A stretch of DNA of 64,000 bases, taken from positions 39,827 through 103,826 of the forward strand of contig CABZHD010000003.1 of the NCBI GenBank assembly GCA_902525435.1. The letters run 5' to 3'. A program made the translations under genes and the position numbers. Position 1 is the first letter of the stretch, and each line of letters starts with the position of its first letter. Of the stretch, positions 39,295-49,471 are shown in pieces. Below the pieces are notes generated by a model that was not told the DNA's origin, ran no database searches, and saw nothing but the letters and a program-made list of their open reading frames with translations. This DNA is from an uncultured SAR86 cluster bacterium (GTDB lineage Bacteria > Pseudomonadota > Gammaproteobacteria > Magnimaribacterales > AG-339-G14).

Positions 39295-41630
39295 AATTTG
39301 TATCTGATTTTCAATACAAACTGATCAGAATAAGTAGTATCCCAACCGGTTGTATAAAGGTCCCCGAAAGAGGATAAGTCTTTATCCTCATCAAAATAAT
39401 ACCCACCTCTGGTATATACAGCATAAAAATGGGATAACGGAGCTAACTCGTAACGATATCTTATTTGAAATGCAACTTGGCTCAATTCAAAAGGATTTAG
39501 CTGTGCATCTGAATATTGCATTTTTCCATCCTTAGATACTGAGAATGCACTAGGGTTGTCTGCAGTTAAGGCGTAAAACTGTGCTTTAATTCTGAGCTCA
39601 TGAGTATTATCCAAGAACCAACCTAAAGATAAAGAGGAGGAAAGTTTTTTATAATCGTAAAATCCAAAAACTTTATCGTATTCGAATTTATTCCAATTTT
39701 TTTCTTCATCATATCTAATTAAACCCAAGTTGATATCTAAATTATCGGTTGGTTGAATGGTTGCGCCTAGATTAAAACCCCATCCTTCTCCTCGTCGAGA
39801 GTACACAGGATCATCAAATTTATATCCTCCAGAATTACTTTGCACTTTAAAACTTGGGATGAAGACTCTGTCCTGAGGAGCTTGGTATCTTACAAAAAAG
39901 TTATAACCTCCAAGACGTCTTATAAAAGGTGCTTCTGGATTTCCTCTTGTTTCCAAATAATCCTTTCCTGGTACTAAAATACACTCACAAAATAAATCAA
40001 CAGAAGAATAATCCTTAAAATCAAGATTTAATGAAAAGTACGCCATCCCGCCACCATTAATTCCTGAAATACTTCTTTGATGACCTCCATTCGTTTCTAA
40101 TGTGAGATTTCTCAATGGTGAGGACTCAGAAAATTCAGACTCTTTATATCTGGCTTGCCAACCTGTTGAGATATATTCTTTCATCTCCATATATCCCATA
40201 TCGTTTAGATCGTATCCTTCATCAAATACTGATAAGGCCCAGAGCCCAGAAAATTTTTCATTAAACACTCTTGATGCAACTGCTCTTAATGCAGCACCTT
40301 CCGTTGAAACTCCTAATTGATCAATCTCAGAATAACTAACCATTCCAAAAAGTCTTGTGTTTCTATCAATTGAATATTCATAATCCATGGTATGAACTTG
40401 CGCTGTTCTTGAAATATTTGGTTTATCAGCATAAGTCAACATATATCCAACTTTGCCTTCGTCAAATATTCTTCTATATCTAATTGCTTGAAAATTTCTT
40501 CCTTGATACAAAGGATCATCTCTCTCAAACGCAGAAAAAACACCAAATTCATTTTCCTTTTCTTTTTGCGTATATCTGAGGGCAACATCAATATCACTGG
40601 ATGATCTATTCTCTGATTTACATCTTTCGATAAGATTTTCTTTAAGAGTATCGCAGTTGTAGTCTGGAGAACCGCCAATTCTTCTAGTATTGATCAAGTA
40701 AAGTCGCCAACCTGTAATAGAGAACAAACTTTGATTTTCGGTAAAAAATGGCCTTTTATCATCGTAAAAAGTTTCTGTTGCATCAAAACTAACAATAACA
40801 TCATCACTTTCGACCTGCCCAAAATCTGGATTCAAAGTCACATCTAATCGTTTCTCAGCATCAATGGACCAAAAGATTTCACCACCAATCTTATTTTGCT
40901 GTTCTTCAGTAACTTGTTCTTGTGAAATTGTTAAATAGGGATAAAAGTCCACATCAGCAGAACTCTCCTTGGAAAAATTTTGAATTTGTATCGGTTCAAA
41001 TTTGGAAATAAACCTTGTATCGTCCCCCCAGATAGGTGGATAACTTGTCCATTCATTATCTTCAAAAAAATATCGAACGAGCCTGACTTTAACTTCAATA
41101 AATTTTTCTTCTGTTACTGGAATTGGAGCTACGTCCCAAGGTAAATAAAATTCGGAAAACCACTTATCACCTTCTTGACTTTCAGCTGCATACCAAAGCC
41201 CATCCCAGTCAGATGAAGGTTCATTTTCATTCTGCCAGATTGCATCTCCTAGAGATCCTCCAAGAGTTATTCCAAAACTGTAAGCATTACTTGAATTTCC
41301 ACTGAAGTCTAAAAATACAAAATTTCTATCAGCGCTAACCATCCAAGAATCTCTTTTGTGGAGTCTTTCTGTTTGAGACTCTTTGCTTTGGTTATTCTCA
41401 AATCCAAAATATATTCCATCTTCATTTGCAAAGTAGAAAACTCTTGTTTTATTTTCTGGTTCTTTAAGTGTATTAGGCTGAACAACTAAAAAATCTTCTA
41501 TATAGGCTGCTTCGGACCACTCTATTTCAGAAAGTTTTCCATCAACAGTGATCTCAGACGTAAGATATGAAGCGTATATAAAAAAAGAGAAGACTAGAAA
41601 TCTAGTATATTTAAATAGCAAACTGATCAA
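39291..41630 (-). CDS. Large secreted / outer-membrane protein, CBM9-like N-terminus plus DUF5916-like beta-rich region
   Basis: A signal-like N-terminus followed by ITVDGKLSEIEWSEA (the CBM9/DOMON-like motif seen in DUF5916 proteins). Alternating aromatic beta-strand pattern, and a C-terminal ...LKIRYKF ending in Phe as in OM beta-barrels. Confidence 0.55.
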   Translation of the reverse strand: MISLLFKYTRFLVFSFFIYASYLTSEITVDGKLSEIEWSEAAYIEDFLVVQPNTLKEPENKTRVFYFANEDGIYFGFENNQSKESQTERLHKRDSWMVSADRNFVFLDFSGNSSNAYSFGITLGGSLGDAIWQNENEPSSDWDGLWYAAESQEGDKWFSEFYLPWDVAPIPVTEEKFIEVKVRLVRYFFEDNEWTSYPPIWGDDTRFISKFEPIQIQNFSKESSADVDFYPYLTISQEQVTEEQQNKIGGEIFWSIDAEKRLDVTLNPDFGQVESDDVIVSFDATETFYDDKRPFFTENQSLFSITGWRLYLINTRRIGGSPDYNCDTLKENLIERCKSENRSSSDIDVALRYTQKEKENEFGVFSAFERDDPLYQGRNFQAIRYRRIFDEGKVGYMLTYADKPNISRTAQVHTMDYEYSIDRNTRLFGMVSYSEIDQLGVSTEGAALRAVASRVFNEKFSGLWALSVFDEGYDLNDMGYMEMKEYISTGWQARYKESEFSESSPLRNLTLETNGGHQRSISGINGGGMAYFSLNLDFKDYSSVDLFCECILVPGKDYLETRGNPEAPFIRRLGGYNFFVRYQAPQDRVFIPSFKVQSNSGGYKFDDPVYSRRGEGWGFNLGATIQPTDNLDINLGLIRYDEEKNWNKFEYDKVFGFYDYKKLSSSLSLGWFLDNTHELRIKAQFYALTADNPSAFSVSKDGKMQYSDAQLNPFELSQVAFQIRYRYELAPLSHFYAVYTRGGYYFDEDKDLSSFGDLYTTGWDTTYSDQFVLKIRYKF

Positions 41631-41651
41631 TGATAAATAAAAAAGAATTGA

Positions 41652-42050
41652 TTATTCAACGTAGATATATATTTTATCTGAAATAACAGGTTTTTTGTGA
41701 GGAACGTGAAGGTAGTTACCCAGTAAAAGCTGCAAACTTCTTTTACCTTTAGGTAAATCAATTAAAACTTCTGTTTGTCCTTTTCCAAAATGAATGTGGT
41801 TTATATTAGCAGGGATAGGTTTTGTAAGATCAGGTAAATTTTCTATATCAACAAGTAGATGATGATGACCAGTATTAGGAAAATCTATTCCAGCCGGAGC
41901 CACTCCCATTCCAGATAATCCAAAAACTATTTTTACAGGTCCATTTACTGTTGCACCGTCTTTAGGTTCAATAAAGTAAAGTTTTATGTCGCTTGAAAAT
42001 GCTGAGCTTGAGCACAAAACAAAAATTAAAAGATAAAGAAACTTAGACAT
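41652..42050 (-). CDS. DUF4399 domain protein, secreted
   Basis: Signal peptide and a GHHHLLVD motif characteristic of DUF4399 as I recall it. 132 aa. Confidence 0.6.
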   Translation of the reverse strand: MSKFLYLLIFVLCSSSAFSSDIKLYFIEPKDGATVNGPVKIVFGLSGMGVAPAGIDFPNTGHHHLLVDIENLPDLTKPIPANINHIHFGKGQTEVLIDLPKGKRSLQLLLGNYLHVPHKKPVISDKIYIYVE

Positions 42051-42501
42051 ATTTTCCTTCTTGATATACCAAGGGTTTTAAATTGTCATTATGAATTAAA
42101 TCTTGAACCTCGCCAACGAAGATCGAGTGAGTTGTGTCTTCCATAATTTCTTTTAAATTACAGAAGAGGTTTGATTGAGCGTTCTCTAAATATGGTGTCT
42201 CTTCCTTATTAAGCCATGAATCATTGGAAAATCTTTCATTTATTTTCTCTGAGTTGCTACAGATATCAGCTACATGTTTTTGTCCATTGCTCAATAAATT
42301 AAGACAAAACGATTGAGTTGTTTTTAAAAAATCATGCATGGCAGCAGATTTATTAATGCAAACTAACATTCTTGGCGGATCAGCTGATAACGATGCTACT
42401 GAAGAAACTGTCATTGCCTCTTTAGAATCTGAATTTCCTGAAGAAATAACATATACAGTTTGAGCCTGCGTTCTTAAAATATTTAGAAATATATCTTGCA
42501 T
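42043..42501 (-). CDS. Flavin reductase-like domain protein
   Basis: MTVSSVASLSADPPRMLVCINK matches the flavin-reductase (FMN-binding split barrel) pattern. It overlaps the DUF4399 gene by 8 nt. Confidence 0.65.
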   Translation of the reverse strand: MQDIFLNILRTQAQTVYVISSGNSDSKEAMTVSSVASLSADPPRMLVCINKSAAMHDFLKTTQSFCLNLLSNGQKHVADICSNSEKINERFSNDSWLNKEETPYLENAQSNLFCNLKEIMEDTTHSIFVGEVQDLIHNDNLKPLVYQEGKYV

Positions 42502-42539
42502 TGATAAGTGATTAGAAAAGAGAATTATAAAAGAAAATT

Positions 42540-43109
42540 ATGAGCAATAAAGCAAATAAAGGTTCATTTAGAATAATCAGCGGAAAATATAAAGGAAGAA
42601 AATTCGAATTCTTACCTTCTAAAGATCTTAGACCAACTCCAGATAGACTAAGGGAAACATTGTTTAATTGGCTTGGACAGGTCATTGATCGGAAGACTTG
42701 TCTTGATTTATTTTCTGGAACAGGTTCTTTAGGATTGGAATCATTGTCTAGAGGTGCTCAAAAAGTTACATTTATCGAAAAAAATTTTGAGCACTTTGAT
42801 AAATTAAGAGGCTATGTCAAAAAGCTAGGTGCTATTGAGGATATATCAATAATTAATAAGGATGTCCTTGCTTGGTTGGATGAAGCAAATGATGAATTTG
42901 ATCTAATTTTTGTTGATCCACCATTCTATGAACAACTTGCTGAAAAAGTTCTTTTAAAAATTAAAACAAAATCTCTTCTTGCTAAATCTGGAAATATTTA
43001 TCTTGAAGTAGAAAAAGATATAGATCTAAGTTTTTTAGAAACGGATTGGGAAGTTATAAAAGAGACTAACTCTGGGAGGAAGCAATATTTACTTCTTAAA
43101 GAAAAATAG
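42540..43109 (+). CDS. rsmD: 16S rRNA (guanine966-N2)-methyltransferase
   Basis: RIISGKYKGRK..., RPTPDRLRETLFNWL and FVDPPF motifs. Confidence 0.85.
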   Translation: MSNKANKGSFRIISGKYKGRKFEFLPSKDLRPTPDRLRETLFNWLGQVIDRKTCLDLFSGTGSLGLESLSRGAQKVTFIEKNFEHFDKLRGYVKKLGAIEDISIINKDVLAWLDEANDEFDLIFVDPPFYEQLAEKVLLKIKTKSLLAKSGNIYLEVEKDIDLSFLETDWEVIKETNSGRKQYLLLKEK

Positions 43110-44372
43110 TTATTTTCCTTTCTTCATTGAACTGAAGAATTCATTGTTTGTCTTGTGTTTTCCAAGTTTGTCTATCAGCCATTCAGTTGCATCAACATCT
43201 TCCATATCATTGAGAAGCTTTCTAAGAATATTTATTCTCTGAAGTTCTGCATCATCGGTTATGAGCTCTTCTCTTCTTGTGCCTGAACGCCTTATGTTAA
43301 TAGCTGGAAAGACTCTTCTTTCAGCAATTGCTCTATCAAGATGAATTTCTTGGTTTCCAGTACCTTTAAATTCTTCGTAAATTACTTCATCCATTCTCGA
43401 TCCAGTGTCAATGAGCGCTGTAGCAATAATGGTAAGACTTCCTCCACTTTCTATATTTCTGGCAGCACCAAAAAATCTTTTTGGTTTTTCAAGGGCATTA
43501 GCGTCAACACCACCTGTTAATATTTTCCCAGAAGCTGCTTGAGTAGAGTTATAAGCTCTAGCCAAACGAGTGATTGAATCTAGCAAAATAATGACATCAT
43601 TTTTTGTTTCAACAAGTCTTCTAGCTTTGGCAATTACCATCTCAGCTACTTGAACATGTCTTGATGGAGGTTCGTCAAAGGTAGACGCGATTACTTCCCC
43701 TCGAACAGAACGTTTCATGTCAGTAACCTCTTCAGGTCTTTCATCAACTAAAAGAACCATTAGCTTGCTGTCAGGGCTATTCCTTTCAATTGAATGAGCG
43801 ATAGTTTGAAGAAGAAGAGTTTTTCCTGCTTTGGGTGGAGAAACGATAAGTCCTCTCTGACCCTTACCTGTTGGAGCAGTTAAATCAATTATTCTTGCTG
43901 ATAAATCTTCAGTTGTTCCATTCCCTGCCTCCATCACAATTCTTTCTTCAGGAAACAAAGGTGTTAAGTTTTCAAAAGCAACCTTTGATTTCGTTTGCTC
44001 TGGTGCATTAAAGTTGATCTCATCAATCTTTAACAAGGCAAAATATCTTTCACCCTCTTTTGGTGGTCTTATTTTCCCAGAAATAGAATCACCTGTTTTG
44101 AGTCCAAATCTTCTTATTTGGCTTGGTGAAACATATATGTCGTCTGCACCTGCTAAATAAGAAGACGACGGTGATCTCAAAAATCCAAACCCATCATTTA
44201 AAATTTCAAGAACTCCCTCGCCCTCGATATCCTCACCTTTTCCAGAATGAGATTTGAGAATTCCAAAAATAACATCTTGTTTTTTTGAGCGGGCTAAATT
44301 TTCAATGCCCATTTCCTCAGCGAGACTGAGCAATTCTTCTACGGGCTTGGCTTTTAATTCGCCTAAATGCAT
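43110..44372 (-). CDS. rho: Transcription termination factor Rho
   Basis: N-terminal MHLGELK...L..LA, Walker A PPKAGKT, 420 aa. Confidence 0.97.
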   Translation of the reverse strand: MHLGELKAKPVEELLSLAEEMGIENLARSKKQDVIFGILKSHSGKGEDIEGEGVLEILNDGFGFLRSPSSSYLAGADDIYVSPSQIRRFGLKTGDSISGKIRPPKEGERYFALLKIDEINFNAPEQTKSKVAFENLTPLFPEERIVMEAGNGTTEDLSARIIDLTAPTGKGQRGLIVSPPKAGKTLLLQTIAHSIERNSPDSKLMVLLVDERPEEVTDMKRSVRGEVIASTFDEPPSRHVQVAEMVIAKARRLVETKNDVIILLDSITRLARAYNSTQAASGKILTGGVDANALEKPKRFFGAARNIESGGSLTIIATALIDTGSRMDEVIYEEFKGTGNQEIHLDRAIAERRVFPAINIRRSGTRREELITDDAELQRINILRKLLNDMEDVDATEWLIDKLGKHKTNNEFFSSMKKGK

Positions 44373-44456
44373 AACAAATTTTGGGATTTAATTAAAGATT
44401 GTCTAAGACAAGGTGAATAAATGTAACACCTTAGTTTGCCCTAGTCTAGGTTAAAT

Positions 44457-44777
44457 TTATAGGTGTTGTTCCAAAAAAGATAGAAGCTGAGACTTTGATA
44501 AAGCACCTATTGCCTGATCAACTACCTCTCCATCTTTGAATAAAACTAACGTTGGAATGCTCATTATGTTTAATTGGGCTGCTAATTCTTGATTTTCATC
44601 CACATCAACTTTGCCAACCGTAAGCTTATCTGACATATCTGAAGCAACTTCCTCAAGTATTGGGGCTACCATTTTGCATGGACCACACCATTCTGCCCAA
44701 TAATCGACTAAAACAGGTTTATTTGACCCAACCGTTTCTGTGAAGTTTTCCTTATTTAACTCTATTGTGTTACTCAT
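44457..44777 (-). CDS. trxA: Thioredoxin
   Basis: WAEWCGPCK active site, 106 aa, upstream of rho as in E. coli. Confidence 0.95.
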   Translation of the reverse strand: MSNTIELNKENFTETVGSNKPVLVDYWAEWCGPCKMVAPILEEVASDMSDKLTVGKVDVDENQELAAQLNIMSIPTLVLFKDGEVVDQAIGALSKSQLLSFLEQHL

Positions 44778-44812
44778 AATTTTTATATTAGGTTAAATTT
44801 TAAAAATGCAAA

Positions 44813-46483
44813 TTAAAAATCATCTGTTACAGCCCCCTGGGAAGCTGAAGATACTGATCTAGCGTATTTAGCTAACACTCCTCTGCTAGGAGGTTCTTTT
44901 AAAGATCGCCAGTTTTTCTTTCTATCTACTAACTGTTCTTCTGAGATATCAATGTTTATTTGATCTTTTTTTGCGTCTATGGTGATTAAATCTCCATTCT
45001 GTAAAAGTCCAATTGGACCTCCATTCGCTGCTTCAGGGGTAATATGACCAACCACAAAACCATGAGATCCGCCTGAGAACCTTCCATCAGTAATTAGAGC
45101 AACTTTATCTCCTAGCCCAGCTCCCATGATTGCCGCAGTCGGTTTTAGCATTTCACGCATACCTGGGCCTCCTACAGGACCTTCGTATCTGATAACAATT
45201 ACCGAACCTTCTTGAATGGTATTCTTGAAAATTGCTTCAACAGCTTCTTCTTCAGATTCAAAAATTATTGCAGGACCAGAAAACGATAGTCCCTCTTTCC
45301 CAGTTATTTTAGCTACCGCCCCTTGAGGAGCTAGATTACCTTTCAAAATTCTAATGTGACTTTCTTTTTTTATAGGTTTACTAATTTGAGCAATAATTTT
45401 CTGATCGTCTTTATAGGGTTCTATGTCTTTAAGATTCTCTTCTAAAGTTTTTCCTGAAACGGTCATACAACTTCCATCCAGTAATCCATCATTAAGCATC
45501 ATTTTCATTAAGGGTTGAATACCGCCCAGTTCATTCAGATCACTCATTAAATAGTAACCAGAAGGCCTGATGTCAGATAAAACAGGTGTATTTTTCCCTA
45601 TCCTAGTAAAGTCGTCTAAATTTAAATCAACATTTGCTGATTTTGCCATTGCTAGGAGGTGAAGGACTGCGTTAGTAGAGCCACCTAGTGCAATAACTAC
45701 TTTAATAGAATTTTCAAAAGCGCTCTTGGTTAGAATATCGCTGGGTTTAATATCCTTTTCTAATAAGTAATCGATAGCCTTACCTACAGCCAGGCAATCA
45801 TTTTTCTTCTCCTGAGAGATTGCATCTTGTGAGCTACTGCCAGGCAGACTCATTCCTAATGCTTCAATTGCCGATGCCATAGTGTTTGCAGTGTACATTC
45901 CTCCGCATGAACCAGGCCCAGGGAGTGCATTTTTCTCAATTGCTATTAGTTCGTCTTCACTTATTTGATTTTGAGAATATGCGCCAACCTTTTCAAGAAC
46001 AGTGGCAAAATCAGTATGATCCTTCCCAGGCTTGATAGAACCACCGTAAACAAACAGACTTGGTCTATCTAACCGTATCAATCCCATCATACAACCTGGC
46101 ATATTTTTATCGCATCCGCCTATTGCTACAACAGAATCAAATGACTGGCACCCAACAACAGTTTCAATTGAATCTGCAATGACTTCTCTAGAGACCAAAG
46201 AATATCTCATTCCAAGAGTACCCATTGAAATACCGTCAGAGATTGTGATGGTATTGAAAAGAACTGATTTGAGACCTGCATCATCAACAGAGCTACATAT
46301 GGTTTGTGCTAATTCATTGATGTGCATGTTACAAGGAGTCACATTTGACCAAGTTGAAGCAATACCTACTTGTGGTTTTTTAAAATCCTCATCTGAAAAA
46401 CCTGTTGGCCTAAGCATTGATCGAGCACCAGCTTGATCAATTCCATCAACCAGAGAGGATGAATATTTTCTTTTTTTAGACAT
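44813..46483 (-). CDS. ilvD: Dihydroxy-acid dehydratase (short form)
   Basis: IlvD/Edd family motifs ([20 protein letters not shown]). 556 aa. Confidence 0.9.
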   Translation of the reverse strand: MSKKRKYSSSLVDGIDQAGARSMLRPTGFSDEDFKKPQVGIASTWSNVTPCNMHINELAQTICSSVDDAGLKSVLFNTITISDGISMGTLGMRYSLVSREVIADSIETVVGCQSFDSVVAIGGCDKNMPGCMMGLIRLDRPSLFVYGGSIKPGKDHTDFATVLEKVGAYSQNQISEDELIAIEKNALPGPGSCGGMYTANTMASAIEALGMSLPGSSSQDAISQEKKNDCLAVGKAIDYLLEKDIKPSDILTKSAFENSIKVVIALGGSTNAVLHLLAMAKSANVDLNLDDFTRIGKNTPVLSDIRPSGYYLMSDLNELGGIQPLMKMMLNDGLLDGSCMTVSGKTLEENLKDIEPYKDDQKIIAQISKPIKKESHIRILKGNLAPQGAVAKITGKEGLSFSGPAIIFESEEEAVEAIFKNTIQEGSVIVIRYEGPVGGPGMREMLKPTAAIMGAGLGDKVALITDGRFSGGSHGFVVGHITPEAANGGPIGLLQNGDLITIDAKKDQINIDISEEQLVDRKKNWRSLKEPPSRGVLAKYARSVSSASQGAVTDDF

Positions 46484-46488
46484 TGATT

Positions 46489-48084
46489 TTAATTATAAGC
46501 AGCATTTATAAGATTGATTGTATATTCATCTTGAGGTGTATCAAATATCTGATCAGTTGGACCAGATTCAACTATTGAGCCCTTTTTCATGACTAAAACT
46601 CTATCTGACATTGACCTGATTACTCTTAAATCATGACTTATCAAAACGTAGCTTATATTTTTGGAATTTTGTAAATCCTTCAAGAGCAGAAGTATTTCCT
46701 TTTGAATTGAAACATCTAATGCTGAAGTTGGCTCATCGAGCAAGATCAATTTGGGATTTGTAATCAATGCTCTTGCTATTGCAATTCTCTGTCTTTGGCC
46801 TCCAGAAAATTCATGCGGAAACTTTTCAAGGCATGATGGATCTAAATGAACGTCATTTATTGATTCTATGATACGTTGTTTTTTTTCTTGTTTGCTCAAT
46901 TGCTTAAAATGAATATCCAAACCTTCTTTGATGATCTCTTCCACCCTCATCCTAGGAGATAGAGAACTAAAGGGATCTTGAAAGACAACCTGACACTTCT
47001 TCCTCAAATCACTTAGCTTATCTTTTTTTAATATTTCATTTTCAAAGAGAATTTTTCCTGAATACTCTTCTATGCCCAGAATTGCTTTGAGAATGGTAGA
47101 TTTTCCTGATCCTGATTCTCCAACAATTCCTAGAGTTGAATTATCGGATAAAGAGAATGAGACTTCTTTGACTGCATCAAATCTTTCTTCTTTTTGGAAA
47201 AGGGAAGCTTCTCTTACTAGGTAGCTTACATTTAATTTTTCGCATTCCAGAATTTTGGAATCTGAAACATTATTAATCTCTTTGGGTTCAGGAATGGACT
47301 CTATTAACCTTTTTGTATAAGAATCCTTTGGATTAGAAAAAATTTCTGCAGTAGTTCCTCTTTCGATCACATTACCCTGATTCATCACCAGAACCTTATC
47401 TGCGAATCTTTTGACAACATTTAAATCATGCGTGATAAAAATTATGCTGAGGTTTTCCTCTTCTTTTAATTTATTTAAAAGAATTAATAGTTCTTTTTCG
47501 ACAGTCACATCCAAGGCTGTTGTTGGTTCGTCTGCAATCAATATCTCAGGATTGTTTGACAATGCCATTGCGATCATCACTCTTTGTCTTTGTCCTCCAG
47601 AGAGCTGATGAGGAAATGAAGAAAATTTTTGTTCTGGGTTTGGTATTTCAACTTTCCTTAATAGATCTATGGCTTTTTCTTTTGCCTCTTTGTTGGAACT
47701 CTTATTATGGACTTGAATAGACTCCATAATTTGCTTACCGACCTTTATAAAGGGATTCAATGAAGTCATTGGCTCTTGGAATATCATTGATATTCTTTTA
47801 CCTCTGATATTCTCAAGTTCTTTTTTGGGAAGATTTATAAGTTCTATACCTTGAAAGTTTATGGAGCTATCTTTGCTGTGAAATGCAATTGGATAAGGAA
47901 GTAGTTGCATAATAGATAAAGCTGTAACTGATTTGCCTGATCCGCTTTCTCCTACAACGGCTAAAGTCTCTTTTTCAGAGAGGTTAAAATTTAAATTATT
48001 AACAGCCTTAAAAGTTGAAGATTCATTTGCAAATTCAACATTAAGGTTGTTAACTTTCAAAATTGGTTCACCAAAATTATTCAT
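46489..48084 (-). CDS. ABC transporter ATP-binding protein with duplicated ATPase domains (YejF/DppDF-fusion type), no adjacent permease
   Basis: Two Walker A motifs (GESGSGKS twice), two LSGGQRQR signatures and two Walker B motifs. I prefer the first ATG (48084, [14 protein letters not shown]...). The track uses a TTG at 48126. Confidence 0.8.
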   Translation of the reverse strand: MNNFGEPILKVNNLNVEFANESSTFKAVNNLNFNLSEKETLAVVGESGSGKSVTALSIMQLLPYPIAFHSKDSSINFQGIELINLPKKELENIRGKRISMIFQEPMTSLNPFIKVGKQIMESIQVHNKSSNKEAKEKAIDLLRKVEIPNPEQKFSSFPHQLSGGQRQRVMIAMALSNNPEILIADEPTTALDVTVEKELLILLNKLKEEENLSIIFITHDLNVVKRFADKVLVMNQGNVIERGTTAEIFSNPKDSYTKRLIESIPEPKEINNVSDSKILECEKLNVSYLVREASLFQKEERFDAVKEVSFSLSDNSTLGIVGESGSGKSTILKAILGIEEYSGKILFENEILKKDKLSDLRKKCQVVFQDPFSSLSPRMRVEEIIKEGLDIHFKQLSKQEKKQRIIESINDVHLDPSCLEKFPHEFSGGQRQRIAIARALITNPKLILLDEPTSALDVSIQKEILLLLKDLQNSKNISYVLISHDLRVIRSMSDRVLVMKKGSIVESGPTDQIFDTPQDEYTINLINAAYN

Positions 48085-48523
48085 GAATTTATTTTTACTT
48101 TTTGTTTCAGCTGTCTTTTCAAGCAATAGTTTCTTGTTTGTTGAAACGAGTGATCAGTTCGTATCTCCTGAGGAGGCATATACTATCACTATAAATTCTT
48201 TTGATGATCATGTTTTGATAGATTTGAAATTACATCAAAATGTTTACGTTTATTCCGATAAGCTAAACTTCACAATCTCTCCGGAAAATAAAAATTTAAA
48301 GGTAGAAACAGAATCATTAGTTATAAAAGATGAGTTTTTTGGAGAGTCTGAAGTCTTCATTAATAATATTTTCTTTAATGTCCCAAATCTGAAGGATGGC
48401 ATCTTGTCATTCAAATTAAACTATTTGGGATGCTATCAAGGAAAATATTGCTATCCAGAAAAAAATAACGAAATAGATCTATTATTCAAAGAAAATCGTT
48501 TAATTTCTAAAAAAATACTTTAA
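48083..48523 (+). CDS. Stand-alone DsbD N-terminal (alpha) domain protein, secreted
   Basis: It is collinear with E. coli DsbD-alpha as I recall it: QFVSPEEAY vs QFVPADQAF, YVYSDKL vs YLYRKQI, KDEFFGESEVF vs EDEFYGKSEIY, and LGCYQGKYCYPE vs QGCADAGFCYPP (both catalytic Cys present). The signal peptide [13 protein letters not shown] starts at the ATG at 48083. The ORF stops after ~146 aa, with no TM or thioredoxin domains, 10 nt before aroQ. Confidence 0.7.
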   Translation: MNLFLLFVSAVFSSNSFLFVETSDQFVSPEEAYTITINSFDDHVLIDLKLHQNVYVYSDKLNFTISPENKNLKVETESLVIKDEFFGESEVFINNIFFNVPNLKDGILSFKLNYLGCYQGKYCYPEKNNEIDLLFKENRLISKKIL

Positions 48524-48533
48524 AATTCGCTCA

Positions 48534-48980
48534 ATGTCTTCGATCTTGCTTTTAAATGGGCCAAATTTGAATCTTTTAGGTGAAAGAGAGCCAGATATTT
48601 ATGGAGATTTTTCTCTTGAAGATATTGAAAAAACAATAGAAAAGCTAGGCAAAGAGAACAATATTGATACCGAATGCTTTCAAAGTAATGCTGAGCATGA
48701 GTTAGTTGACAAGATTCATGATGCTAAATCTAATGAAGTAAAAATTATTCTATTCAATCCAGGCGCCTTCACCCACTCAAGCATATCTTTGAGGGATGCG
48801 ATACTTGGTGTAAATATTCCTTTGATTGAAATACATTTGTCTAACATTTATGGCAGAGAAGAATTCAGAGAAAAGTCATATTTTTCAGACATTGCTTTAG
48901 GAGTGGTTTCAGGATTTGGAAAGCAAAGTTATTTAATGGCTTTTCAAGCAGCAAAAAATTATCTACTAAGGGAGGATTAA
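48534..48980 (+). CDS. aroQ: Type II 3-dehydroquinate dehydratase
   Basis: LLLNGPNLNLLGEREP.IYG N-terminus and the HLSNI motif, upstream of accBC. Confidence 0.93.
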   Translation: MSSILLLNGPNLNLLGEREPDIYGDFSLEDIEKTIEKLGKENNIDTECFQSNAEHELVDKIHDAKSNEVKIILFNPGAFTHSSISLRDAILGVNIPLIEIHLSNIYGREEFREKSYFSDIALGVVSGFGKQSYLMAFQAAKNYLLRED

Positions 48981-49465
48981 TGGATATTCGTAAAGTAAAA
49001 AAATTAATTGAAATGTTAGAAGAATCTAATCTCAATGAAATAGAAATTAAAGAGGGTGAAGAAGCTGTAAAACTTGTAAAGAGTAACCCTGTTCCAAGTA
49101 ATTTTATTTCTTCTACTCCTGCTATCATTTCAGAACCTACTCAACAGTCTCCAATTACTAAGCCATCGGCACCTTTGTCTGAAGCAACAGTTACTCAAGA
49201 AATAAGCCAAACATCAGATGTTCTTGAAAGTGGAAATAAAATGAATTCTCCTATGGTAGGAACTTTTTATTCTGCTCCAAATCCAGAGTCAGAACCCTTT
49301 GTAAAAGTTGGCGATCAAATTAATGAAGGTGATGTACTTTGTATAATTGAAGCCATGAAAATGATGAACGAGGTAAAGTCAGAGTTTTCCGGAACAGTAA
49401 AACAAATCTTAGTTGACAATGCTGAGCCTGTTGAGTTCGATCAAACCTTATTTGTTATTTCTTAG
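48980..49465 (+). CDS. accB: Biotin carboxyl carrier protein of acetyl-CoA carboxylase
   Basis: EAMKMMNE biotinylation motif and a Pro/Ala/Ser-rich linker. Confidence 0.93.
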   Translation: MDIRKVKKLIEMLEESNLNEIEIKEGEEAVKLVKSNPVPSNFISSTPAIISEPTQQSPITKPSAPLSEATVTQEISQTSDVLESGNKMNSPMVGTFYSAPNPESEPFVKVGDQINEGDVLCIIEAMKMMNEVKSEFSGTVKQILVDNAEPVEFDQTLFVIS

Positions 49466-49471
49466 AGTCCA

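Noticed and set aside
44373-44456. The 84-nt trxA-rho intergenic region, considered as a possible attenuator or small RNA
   Set aside because: rho genes commonly have an autoregulatory leader, but I could not identify a stable hairpin or rut-like C-rich tract in this AT-rich segment. There is nothing supportable from sequence alone.
47933-48082. 50-codon N-terminal extension of the DsbD-alpha ORF
   Set aside because: It is antisense to the Walker A region of the ABC ATPase and has no signal-peptide character. The ATG at 48083 gives a normal signal peptide.
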